Source: Cystobasidiomycetes sp. EMM_F5
Taxonomy: Eukaryota
DNA: 64,000 nt
Assembly: GCA_051047955.1 (NCBI GenBank)
Contig: JBPGPT010000001.1
Coordinates: forward strand, 248,001 to 312,000
Direction of reading: 5' to 3'
The notes under the pieces were generated by a model. That model did not search any database. It was not told the origin of the DNA and worked only from the letters and a program-made list of their open reading frames with translations. The translations under genes were made by a program, and so were the position numbers. This document shows, one piece after another, positions 24,435-36,900 of this stretch (positions within the stretch are counted from its first letter, which is position 1; every line of letters begins with the position of its first letter).

Positions 24435-27400
24435 TCAAAATCGAATGCCCTGCATATCTGCGTTGGCCTTCTTCGAGAGTGCAGACTTCAAAATGCGATC
24501 CGCCTTTCTGGGCTTACGATATCGACAGATTTGCGAGAGGTGCTGCAAAATGGCCATATAACGCGTCGATTTGCGCGATAGAACGGTCTTGAAGGCACAG
24601 AAACCTAGCCACTGTATAGTCGGGGTATGAATTCCGGATATGGAGGCGCTGTTGTCTCGTGCGATTTTCTTCGCCATCAGAGACCGAATGCTTCGCCTTA
24701 CATACATTACAATTTGATGTATCGTTCCTGCTCATCATTAGTTCGCTACTGTAGCTCTGCAAACCGCCTCATAACTTACTGAGGAAGAAGAGCATATTGC
24801 CAGCAACGTTGGGCTTCCAGATCGAGATGTACGAGTGAAACTTCATGGCCACGAGCTGATAAATCTGATAGACATTAATGCAGACTGTTCGACGGCTATT
24901 GCACGTTGCATCGAGCAGCAGTAGCTGCATACGCGCGCTCGCAGCACTAACATCACTCCTTAGCGATTATCGGCATGTTTTAAAGGCTTTCTCACCGCTT
25001 TAGTGCTTCGACGAATGCTACACCAGGCTTGGCATGCGTCTTGACAATCAGACTGTTGGCCATATCTGCATTGTCCCGACCCCAAGCAAAACGGTAAGAT
25101 GCTCAGTCGGTACCGTACGGCGATATGCTATTGATGAGGTATCACTCACGGGAACCGTGTAGCCTTGTATAATCCCATCGAGCATCCAAAGAATCCTGGT
25201 CGAAGACGAGGCCGCACCATGGAAAGCCTGAGTTTTCGTCAGATCAATGAAAGCGGAGTCTACAATGCATTTGGACACAAGCTGCCTACTCACCTTCGCC
25301 CTTCTGGATTCGCTTGACTGCATTGCCATCAGGGAACGCCGCATCAAAATTCACGACAGTCTTTTCAGGCGCGACGAAGCAATTGAACTCTGGATATCCA
25401 CGATACATGACGTCTAGGAAGCGAGATGCTGTCTGTCGATCTGGCGTCACTAGCATGAAATCGTCGACAACCCTTAATAAAAGCTGTTCGCGATGTCAGC
25501 GATGTTGAGGTGTGTGGGTATCTGCCTCACATTCTTGCTGTTATCGATGAATGCCAACTCTGTCGCTTCCAATCTCCCAATAAAGAAGCTGCGGATACAG
25601 ATCGTTTGGCTCAGCATTCAGGTGGGGCGCTAGATCGGGTTGACTAAAACACACTTGCACAGCAGAGTAGATAGGATTGAGCCTTGCGGAATGCCTACTG
25701 TCTGCTTGTAGAATTGACCATTGATCTAAGGGTGACGCCTGATTAGCTACCCTCTGTGATGCGCAGGACAGCCCCGGAGACTCGCCTTGACCAAGTTCTC
25801 CGCAATATGTTCACGTAAGAGGGCTTTCATTTCGGAGTTACGAACGCGAGTATGGCGCACTTGATCCACGAATAGGGTAGAATGCAGAGTCTTGGCTAGG
25901 TCCGAAGCAAATTCGGGGTAATCCATGAAATCGCCGAGTGGTCGAGCCTCGCGTTTGAATGCATAGCCTACTTTTCCCGATTGTGGGAATACTGATGCGT
26001 GACTGTACAGAGAGTAATCGTCCTAGACAGTACCAATTCTTAGCTTTCGTCGACTTCAACGTGTATTTGGAGAATACCGTCAAAATCTCGTCGACAATCG
26101 TCAGTAGTTTGCGCTGATCGATGGAATCGAAACAAGCGCGGATATCCATTTTTACCATGTAGAGCCTTGGACTGTCAGCTCTTCAGCATGCCAACCGTCT
26201 CACGCATCTGCGATATTGACCTCACTTCTTGCCCTGAATCAGTCCCATATAGAGTTTGTATGCTTTCACGCGTGCATAGACATCCCGCATGAACAGAGCA
26301 GATCCTACAAGGTCAGGTCGATGCGCCTGATAGCGGTACTCATTAGCGATCTCTGCGTTTACGCGCCGTTACCTACCTTTTCGGCATTCAGTATTCTAAA
26401 GGCATCATTTAGAGCCTGATTTATGGACCGAGGCTGCTGGACATATTTCTGGTTGACATTGCGACTAGCGACTTGGTCGACGTGTAATGCTTCCTTGCGG
26501 CTGAGATTGACGATGGGTCGGACACCTCGTTCTTTTGGGAGAAGCCGAACTCTGGCAAAAGACAGATGGCGACGCCCGCAAGCAAGCGTGTTCTTCGCTT
26601 CTTGCTATAGTCACATCTAAGCCCACAGAATCACTGATTCTCCAGCGGATGTCCTTACAGCAGATATTCTCGTAAAGAGTGTGCTCGTCATCTGATCAAG
26701 CAGCGGCTCGCATATGGTCCGCCAGTCCTCTTGCAAAAAGTACAGAGTCTGCTGCTGGAACGCACTTGACTCGGTTACGTAGAAATTGTTCTGAATGGAT
26801 GCAATTCGGCGACGGCGTACGAAACCTTACCATGTCAGCTGTCTTTCGCTGGTGCCGTATCTCTATGACATACGCGCAGAAGGATGCATAAGTACTCGTC
26901 GAAAAGCCATCGTAAGAATGTTGCCATGAGTTCCCGCCGCTTCCGCATATCTGTTTGGTTCGGTCGCGAGTTGTTATTAGGACTCTGTAGCCAGGTCACG
27001 TCTGTCAAGCTAAAGCCATGCAGCAGCTGATTCACAGACAGTGTTTCGCGTCGTCGCGCCGTCACATATCGAGTAATACCTGGATATGCTGTCACACAGT
27101 CTGCGACAGGGTATGGGCAAGGAAATTGGAACGCACCATTGACAACGCATCGAACATTCTTCTCGCTACCCCACAAAGCGGCGGGAAAGATGCCAATGAT
27201 ACAAGCTTTACAGAATTGCACGACCTGGTGTTGCGACAAGGTAAATTCCGAAAATCTCGGCTTGTCAGTGAGTTTCCGCTTAGATCCAGCCGATGAGCGA
27301 AGATTAGTCGTGCCAGACGCTTTCGAAAGCTGTGAAGCTAGAGCACTCCAAGCATTGGAAGTATTACTACATTGTGTCAGGGGATCCTCAGCATCCTCTG

Positions 27401-28622
27401 CCAGCACAGTCTGTCTCTGTACAGTCACATTTTGCTGTCTCCGGCTGGCACAATCGAATTTTACGTACCATAAGTGCCTGCTTTTGCTCCACCGACAGGG
27501 TGTGATTCTTTAGCTGCATACATCCTCAAGATCAGTATGACAATGAAAATTGGGCACACGCTCACTTACCGTTGATGGACATGTTTTATTCAATACTGTT
27601 TGATAATCGAAAGATCGATGTTGTTCAATGGATTGCTTCAAATACGGGAGCATCGCATGTAGTCGCTTCGGCGTTCGCATGTGAACGTCTTGCTGGATTG
27701 TGTCACGTTGCCGCTGCGGCAGCGGGCGGAATACGTCCGGAGGCTCCAGTCCATGCTGTGACCAGAAGACATGTTGCAGGGCCGCGCAAGCGGCAGCCTT
27801 GATAGAATGGTTGTGTGAGTTCGGACAAGCAAACGGATCTAAGTAGATTGTGAGAAGATGAAGAGTCCGCCGGGATTCGCAAGACGTACCGTGATCATCA
27901 AGTCCACTCGCAGTCCCCGAAGGCCGAGAATAGTAGATGCGATGTCGAGACAACACTGTCTTTGAAGGGTCTGCGACCGCAGCGCCTGGCGACTTCTTCG
28001 CGCATCTGGCCTTAGCAACCTCGAACCCAGGCTGCCCACATATCTGTCGGTAGCAGGCACTTGGTAAAGCAATGTAAATGGACGCGTATCGCAATACTCT
28101 GTACACAAGGGCGGAGCCGACCCTGCTCATTCTTATGAGAAGCATATAACGGGCAAATGCTGCCTGAGCGTACCGGATATGTACTGTTCTCCACTCGAGC
28201 GACTCCTCTAAGTGCGACACGGTAGTATTCGCAACCCTGCTGACGACGTCTGCGTTGACCTGGTAGAATACGCTGTTATGTTAGAACATGCTCTATTTAG
28301 GCAACAACCGCAGACGCGCCTGTACATATCCCAGGGCAATGCAGTTGGTGCTCTTTGTCAGTAGAATATCTCGTTGCACGCGTTTGATGGTTTCTTCGAG
28401 AGATTCGTCGGTGCGTCCATTATATGCCAACGGTGTTGTATTCGCTTGCGAGCCATTCCACGCAACAAGCGTACTTCGAAGCAGAGTCACGTATGATGCC
28501 GAGTCGGCTTCAGTTTGGACAAGCTGGCTGGCGACTTCGTCCGGAAGGCATGCTCGCAGGTAATTCTCCAAAGTCACGACATTCTCGTAGCAAATGTCCA
28601 AAACAGGGTGTGCAGTAGTCAT
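24435..28622 (-). CDS. TERT: Telomerase reverse transcriptase, intact and multi-exon
   Basis: GQ motif (CYRQICGQP), T motif (FYVTE), motifs 1/2 (RLLPKERGVRPIVNL), A (VKMDIRACFDSI), B' (GIPQGSILSTLLC), C (LLRVVDDFM), D (EKTVVNF), E (FPWCG). Confidence 0.97.
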
Positions 28623-28828
28623 GACGGCAAACACTTCCGCAATTTTGGTGGCGGATCATCTGTCAATCACTTGGTTCAATATGCAAGTGTTGGCATAGCA
28701 GCAGAATGTTTCCGAGTCTCTCTGCAGCGTACTACACAACGTAAGGATGTTGTTAAGATATATACTAGAAAGAAGAATGATATGTGACAGTCATGCAGCG
28801 GGTATAACTAGCGCGGAACAATGTCAAT

Positions 28829-29435
28829 TTATGTAAAGCTGCGCCGTCCTGCGACGTAGCATAAACAGATACCACTCGTGAGTAGAGCGAGGCCTGACGC
28901 ATATGACGAGCAACTAGCCGAAGACTTGGATGAGGACGTAGATGTGGCGGAAGTTGCGGAGCTAGTAGTCCCTGCCGACGTGGCTGTCTTCTCTTTGCCG
29001 GATTTATTTGTCGATTTGCTCGTGATTGTGCCGCCATCTGCGCCAGACGTGGTCGAGTCGGCTAATGCTAATCCTCCAGCCGAGTTCGACAGAGCACTAG
29101 CGGTAGAGATACCCTGATTTAACCCCGTGGGCCCATCTGCAGCTGCTACCAGCTGCGTATCGAATACGGAAGAGCAAGCAGCGACGAGAGTAGACTGATC
29201 TTTTGCGCAAGGCCCGTATAAGCATGCAGAGAAGCAATCAGTCTTGCAAAAGTTGGACAGAGTTGAGGAGCACGCTGCAAGCCATGGAATTCAGCAGCCA
29301 TACACATAAAGAGGTAGCGCGCTTGATCTTACCGGAGCTGCTCAAGCAATTGGATGCGCAAGCAGGGAGGCTAGCGCACTTTACTCCTACGGCAGCTGCA
29401 AGGATCACGATCAAGGAGAGGGCCTTGTAGTGCAT
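28829..29435 (-). CDS. Secreted CFEM-like, Ser/Thr-rich, probably GPI-anchored protein
   Basis: Signal peptide; spliced 8-Cys domain LPACASNCLSSSACSSTLSNFCKTDCFSACLYGPCAKDQSTLVAAC; S/T-rich stalk; hydrophobic tail. Confidence 0.7.
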
Positions 29436-29587
29436 GTTAAAATTTGCAATGCCGGACTTTGACTGACAAGTATGCTGCGTCGCATAATTAATCGATGTCC
29501 ACATACTTGTGAGACGCGGTTGAAAAGGAATGAAAGGTGTTCGGAAGCTGTCCGTGGTCTCGGAACTGCAACGTTTGAGGACGCAAT

Positions 29588-31740
29588 TCACACATCATAA
29601 AGAACATCCAGATACATCTTCGCGAACTCCGTGAGAATGAAACCGCCGGATATAGGCGAACTGCCCATGCCATAGATTTGGACCATACTGCCGTCGGAAT
29701 TAGTATTCGGTGAAGCCTTCACATCGTCCACGGCAGCCTTCAGGTCGGTAAGAAAAGCATCCACGACTGGGATAGTGAGGCGTGTACAACATATATGCAA
29801 TGCTGGGGGATCTTGCAGAGCATTCACTACGTGCGCGATCATGATCAGCGTTCACAAGCCGCGTGCACACTCAAGCGAAACCTACAATGCCATCCTTTCT
29901 TCGACATCTTGTCGCCAACCTCGTATATGGGCAGCGTTTGACTTGAGAAGGCAATCACTGTTACCTTCGGCTCGCCAAGGATCGTCAAGTCCGGTATACT
30001 TCGAACTCCTTGCTCGATCCGCTTAGCCGCTCCCACGATCGCTTTACACGACTTGAGATAACCATCGGCACCCATGAACTGCATTGCCGCCCAGGCGCCA
30101 GCTAGCAGTGCACCGGGTCGTGAACCGGCTAAGGACGGTGAAGCGTATACCCCGCCGGGCCAAGTAGTTGTGACGAAGAATTGATATGCCCGCCATTTCT
30201 TGTCAGAATCTGTTACTCGTAAGCAAATGCTCAGTTTAGTCCGGTGGTTACTCGCTCTTGTGCTGCTCACACATAATTATCGAAGAACCTTTGGGCGCAA
30301 AGCCGTCTAATAGAGGAAACGGTCCATCTTTCAGTTGTCTGATGAACGTGTCATGTACTGACTTACACTTATGCGTATCACAGCTGATACTTGTCACGCC
30401 TGGCAAGCGGAAATCGAACTCGCCTATACCATAACCAGCTTCCTCCAGAAACGGAACAATGAATGAACCGCTATATAGCACTCCCAGTCAGCGAGTCTCT
30501 CAAGCCGTAGCATACTCCCACTCACAGACAGCAATCCACGTGTAGCGGGATTTTGTATCGAGTCGCGAGCGCTGATAATTCGGGAATCGGGTCTACGATG
30601 CCGTCCGGGAAATTCGGGGCTGAACCAACGAGCAGGATTGTATTTGAGTTGATTGCACGCTTGACTCTGCGGATTTGGACCTTCCGCGATACGGGATCGA
30701 CTGGGATTTTCCGGATCTTTATACCAAAATATTGGCCTGCTTTATCAAAAGCGGCATGTGCTGACATCGGGATTACCCTGTCACAAAAGTTAGTCATTTC
30801 CGAGTCTTGAATGCTGCTAACACTGGTAGATACATTTCTGGCTGTGTAATGCCTTTCTCTTTGCGAGCCCAGTCTCGATACGCTTTGCATGCCATCACAA
30901 TCGACTCAGTTCCGCCAGAGGTTGTTGTGCCACATGACATATCGGGGTGGCCGTGAAACAAGGACAGCGTCATTGCGATGATTTCAGCTTCCATCTTGCG
31001 GACTCCAGGGAAGACATCCGGGTGCAATGGATTTGCTAACAGGAACCGAGTGATGGCTGTGGAACTGAGCGCGTCAGTGCTGCATGCTCTTGAACGGTCT
31101 CTGACGTACCAGCATTGATGGTTCCGCCCAAGTCCGTTCCATCTGTATGCCCGTGATAAACAGCTCCGCTAAGCATTCAATCAGTGCGGGCCAGGCTATA
31201 GATACGGTTCCCACAAACGCACCTAACTCTACCATCCTGCCAGTCAACCCTGTGAATCTTCTCTAGCTGTTCGAATGTGTGCAGGATATCGTCTTTCGTG
31301 CGACCTTGAGTTGGTATTGCCACATTGCGACCCAAGGAAGCCCCCACCGCGTCCTCCTTGTCGCGAATCAGCTTTTGACTCAATTCTATCCTTGCTGAGT
31401 CTAGCTGATCTTTCAGCTTGCGTTTGCCTTGCGGAGTGGTCAGCAAAAGGTTGTAGAGCCTTTGAACGAAAGAGAGGTAGCTGGCCGACGCGGCGTCAGC
31501 GACACCGCGAGCCCGTAGAGTACGCCATCCAGCCAGCAGATAGCCATATATAACGTATACGAACAGTGCCTGAGCATGCGCATCAGTCGGGTTCAGACCC
31601 AACGAGTTTGGCTGCGTCATTGCGTGTTCGCATCCGCCTCAACTTACCGTTTTCGCGTTATCGACTGTTGCTATCAAGGATAGCGTATGCCGCATCAACG
31701 CCCACTTGGTTCTGACTGCATACTGCGCCGAGTATCCCAT
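29588..31740 (-). CDS. DPL1: Sphingosine-1-phosphate lyase
   Basis: [38 protein letters not shown] (PLP lysine), WPGGVYASP. Confidence 0.96.
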
Positions 31741-31814
31741 AATTGCTTGATGGTTGAACCAAACGCAACTCGCAACTCGCGCATGAAAGACTACTTCGAG
31801 CAACAGACTTGTGA

Positions 31815-33969
31815 CTACGCAACATGATCCCATTGCGTGTTTCCTGCAGGCACTACACCAGGCTGATCTTCTAACAAATCGACGCCGACTTCCCTGAGCG
31901 CATTCACGCACCACGCACTGCGTTGGCCATCAGCCATCAGCCTACGTTGCTTTGATAGATTGCAGGCTCACGGATACTTCTCACCCGTCTTGAAGAAGCG
32001 CTTGAAGAACGTTTTAAGGTAAGCAGGGTACCGATCTTCGACGATTGCTTGTCGAACTTGATCCATTAAGCGATGCTTATGGACAAGATCCATCAGCTAA
32101 ATTCACTCATTCGCAAAGGCGGACATACTTGGTATGCAAGATTATGCAGGGTGACAGCATGCGCGCCTACCGTCTCGCGTGCAGCGAGGTGATGTATGTA
32201 TGAGCGGGACAAGCCCTTGCCCTTCAAGCAAGTCGGACACGGACAGTCCGGGTCGATAACTCCAAAATCGCGAGAATACTTTTGAAGACGCAGATTGAGA
32301 TGACCGTCAAACGTCAATGCCAGACCGAACCGCTACGGATCCAAGTGTTGAGTTGAATTTTATCGGGACGCGACAAGGTCAGCTTACCGCTGTTCGCGTT
32401 GGGAATACACAGTCGGCCTAGACGCGTGGTCAGGTGTTGCTTTCGCACATAACGAGCATATCTCACCATATCTACTCCAAGGGCTGCGCAAATCAGGAGG
32501 TCTTCTCCGTATCCGATTCCCCTGATCACCAATCATCAGTAACACTTCTCCGTCCATCTTTCTAGACATGATCCCAAACGTACATGCTGTATCGCGGCTT
32601 ATGAGGCGGCAGTCGGTCGGCGCATTGTAGTATTCTAATTATGGAAGGTTATATAAGTCAGGACTATCTCGAAGTTCCACAGAAAAGTATCGAACATTCG
32701 CCAGAATATGTCTTTTTCTCTGAGTGACCATCAGCTTAATCCAAATTGTGCGAAAACGAAGCGCGATACGTACTCTCCGCCTGATAGACCACCTATCGCA
32801 TATCCTGGCAACTTATCGGACCTCTGGAGCATTTCGTCCAGACCTTGCCTCTCTTCAGCAGGAAGTGATCTACAAATGGAAATGGACTTACAGGTATCTC
32901 GCAAAGCAGGGTCTAGACCACCTGTAGAAGCAGACGTTAGTAGACCCGAAGTGGGAACAGTATCTCTTCATAAGCCAAATTACGTCCCTTGAATAATAGC
33001 GAAAAGGTTTTGCTTCGCGCTGCGTCCACTCGAATCGTGGTATGCTATGCAGCGGTCCAGCCCTGTCAGAACACAATCAGGCAAAGCGTTATGGTAATGT
33101 TGGAATCGCGTACACCGCACAGAGCGTTCAGATGCTTCCTTCATGCGGACTGGTTCAGTCAGACTGGACACGACATCGTCCAATTGCCTGCATCTTGCGT
33201 CAGCGGAGTGTAAACATACGAGTCAGAACAGCACCAACATCATGATATCGGCGCCGATAGAATGTTGTATTCTCATAGAGTCTTCGGGACGCAACATCAA
33301 AGTTTCGCCTGGCTTGAAAGGGTTTTCGAAACTTTCCCCTCTTATCAGTCGCTTGTATGTTCGTTGTTGGGTGGACATGCGTGGCTTACAGTACGCCCTC
33401 TTCGGTGACTTGAGATAGCTTTGCGCTGTCGAATTATCAGCTTGGTACCATGCTCGAACACGAAATCTCAGCTTACAGCGATACCATTTGAAAGCCTCCC
33501 TGAGTTAGTTTGTCAGCTTGTGCCAGGAGCCCTAGGTCAAAGTCACCTACACTGTCTGTTAGAAGATTACCGTGCCAGCTCTGAAAATTATGAGAGCCTA
33601 ATTATGTGACCGTTAACGAAATGCGTTCGTTCAGATGGAGAAATATATTTATGCACCTTCGACAGTGTCGAGAATGTCAGTCGCCGGTCGCAAAGACAGG
33701 TGGTAAGTATTGTTTAGAATGAGTGTAACGCCGATGTCTTTCACTTGACGGGCGGTGACGCCTTTCATTGTTGCCTGAGTCGCTGCACGTAGCCATCTCT
33801 TTAGCACTTCATCCTATAGCGCCATACTGCCCGACGTACCAACCGGCATGAATGCTGGAGTGTATGTCTCGCCATGAGGAAGCGTCATGCGCGATACTCG
33901 AGCCCTTGTCGTCGAACATCGTGCCAGCACCTCAAACTTGAGTGCTGGAAATGTGCTTGACGCCGCCAT
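31815..33969 (-). CDS. QTRT1: Queuine tRNA-ribosyltransferase catalytic subunit
   Basis: TPAFMPVGT, LNNTYHL, LLTDS|GGFQM, NLFAIIQG, GYAIGGLSGG, CPCPTC zinc site, TLHNL. Confidence 0.95.
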
Positions 33970-34545
33970 TTTCGCTACGCCAGGCAAGATTCACGGAAGG
34001 TCCTGGATGGCCATGCGAAGAAACATTTGGGCGGACATTGGACAGAATGGGCGAGACGGGAAGAAAGCTTCGACTGACCGGCTGTTTCTGTCCTAACGAC
34101 ACGGCTGACGCAAAATCCACAAAGCCAACACCAGACAATATCTGACTGTAACACTAATGATAACCATTCCTGCAGCAAAGTTCAATGTCTTCGCGCATCT
34201 GGCGACCGATTCCAGCTGAATCAGCCTGGCTCGGCCTACGAATGCGGTCCACTGTCTTCGAGTCAGCCGACCTTTACGAGAACACGACGCCGCCTCCACT
34301 CCGGTTATGCCGTATCTGTCCCGCAAAGGACAAAGGCCGCTGACGCCGAGAGCAGTCACGCGTTTAATACACATCCAGACTGTGTCACTCCTCGCGCGGC
34401 TTCCATTCTTGGAGCAGTACCCTACATTCATGGCTCAGGCTTTATATCTGGCTACCTGGCCACGGAGCTCTCCTTCCATCCAAGCACATATTCTCTCAGC
34501 TTTGCTATACTGTCCAAGTCCACTCACGCATTCCAATCCCTCACC

Positions 34546-35283
34546 ATGTTCAGCATCCGCGCATCCGCTCTCACAACGACTTCGCTGCTCTTGCTAGCCT
34601 CAACAGCATCTGCTGCAACTATCTCAGTATCCACCGGCTCCGGTTGCGCCAACGTGCAGTATCGGTAAGTCGTTTACACCCTCCAGAGTTGTGCATCACC
34701 CGCCTGAATAACGACTCAACAGGTACTCCGCAGATGGTGTAGCACCTACTGGATTTACCTCTGGTACAGACGTGACCGGAACCAGTGTGAAGATTTGGGC
34801 GGTTCTGCCCAGTCAGGTCGGTGATGCTAATGTCATGGCCAACGGCGCAGTGAATTCCGCAATTTTCCAGTCGTTAAGTACCTTTAGGCTTACAACCGTT
34901 CTCTCAGTCTTCTACGCTAGTCGAGTGCGGCTCTCTCACGGGAGGGGCATACGACAATTGTGCTTTATCACGAGCCGGAGGTTTCAATGCGAAAGTCTCG
35001 CTCAATGTGCAGGGAGGTGGAAGTCTTGTCTGCGACGGAGCGGGCAATGGCAACGAGGGATGCTATCTCCCCGGACAAGACGGCCAGAATTGCGCCTCAC
35101 AGAGCAAGTTCTGCACGCTGCTGGCCGTTATGTTGCTGACCATGCGCATTAACAGTCACTCAAGATGGAGCGCTATGCCAGGTTCCAGTTACCACCGGAC
35201 AGTCTGTCTCCGTGACCTTTAGCGACTGCACTGACACAGGCCTCCCAAGCCGCAAACTTCGCGACCGCAAGATGCTATTTTAA
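34546..35283 (+). CDS. Small secreted Cys-rich protein, thaumatin/Bys1-like
   Basis: Signal peptide MFSIRASALTTTSLLLLASTASA; exons with YDNCALSRAGGFN and VSVTFSDC. Internal exon boundaries are partly uncertain. Confidence 0.6.
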
Positions 35284-35511
35284 TTGGTCCAATGTGGCTG
35301 CCCGCTCTTCCAGCTTTATTTGTGAGGCTTTACTTGGCAGGAATCAAGAATTCAACGATGTTGTACATTATGTGCGCCCACCTGTAGTACCTCTGTCTCT
35401 TTGAATATTTAGCGGAGATGCTCGGTTTAGAGAATTTCGTGCCGGATTGCCTTTGACTACTTATTGCCTTCCCTGACATTGTATCCTTTCACTGGCTCTG
35501 GCAGACCTCTT

Positions 35512-36772
35512 ATGGCTTCTCGCAATTTTGCTCGGACGCTCACGTCGCTGTCCGGATCCGCGACGGCAGGGAAGCAGCCGCCGCATCTACTCTCGTTGGC
35601 CGACCTGAATGTACCGCAACTGAATAAAATACTCAATTCCGCATATGCTTTCAAGCGGATAGCTCAACAGAACACTATCCCCGTCAATGAGCAACGCTAT
35701 GGCTTTTCAAACGAGCGGGAATTGCTCAAAGGCCGGACAGTAGCTTTAATGTTTTCAAAACGAAGCACACGGACACGGGTCGCTAGCGAGAGCGCAACAG
35801 CGTTATTGGGTGTGTAGTCTGCTAACAGAGATCCTGTACGTTACAGCGTGCTTATGCCTCGTATTCTAGGTGGTCATGCAATGTTTCTGGGCTCTCAGGA
35901 TATACAATTGGGCGTCAATGAATCGTTACATGATACTGCCAAGGTCGTATCTTCCATGGTGGATGGTATCATGGCGCGCGTGGGCCATCACTCCGAGGTC
36001 GAGGTACGCTATTCGTTCGTGCAAGCAAAGTATCCTACGCTGACTGGTTGGAACACAGCTTCTGGCCAAGCACTCAACCGTACCAGTCATCAACGCTCTT
36101 TCCCATTTGTACCACCCCTCACAGATATTGGCTGATTTGCTCACCATGATGGAAACCTATGGCAGCAAAACGGCATCAGAACCGCCATCTCTATCGTCTT
36201 TGCGGGGCTTAACAGTTGCGTGGGTTGGGGATAGTAACAATATCCTCAATGACATGATAGTCTCCTTCGCGCGCTTGGGTATCAACCTGAGGATTGCTAC
36301 ACCGAAAGCGTATCCGCTGGATGAACTAGTTATTAAAACGGGACAAGAGGGTCTATCGAACGAGACTTCCGGAGGCACCGCCGCGAAGGATCTGCTTCAA
36401 TACTTCAACACTCCAGAAGAGGCTGTGCGAGGTGCAGACATTCTTGTAACCGATACCTGGATATCAATGGGCCAAGAAGCGGAGAAGGAAGGCCGACTGC
36501 ATGATTTCACAGGCTATCAAATTACAATGAATCTGGCAAAGCGCGGACAGGCGAAGCCCGACTGGAAATTCATGCATTGTTTACCACGCAAGGCAGAAGA
36601 AGTCGACGACGAAGTATTCTATTCAGATCGCTCGCTTGTCTTCCCTGAAGCAGAAAATCGAAAGGTGATTCGAGCGTAAATCGTTACCGAGTCTCAATAG
36701 CTGATCTCTATGTGACAGTGGACAATAATGGCATTGTTCGAGTCCTACTTCGGCCGCTGGGAAAAGGCTTGA
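35512..36772 (+). CDS. ARG3: Ornithine carbamoyltransferase, mitochondrial
   Basis: [34 protein letters not shown]. Start approximate. Confidence 0.97.
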
Positions 36773-36900
36773 TGTTTCTTTTATAATGCCTCGTTCGCAA
36801 CACAGTGCCGGAGTGATCTTGTTGTTTATACAGTGATGTTTTATTTTACGGCTCGCGTGACAGTCGCCCCCTATTTCGCTTGTTTCAACCAGTAAATGCA

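Noticed and set aside
24435..28622. Retrotransposon reverse transcriptase or TERT pseudogene
   Set aside because: GQ and T motifs identify TERT, and frame breaks at the motifs I traced coincide with splice sites. No LTR, gag or endonuclease was seen.
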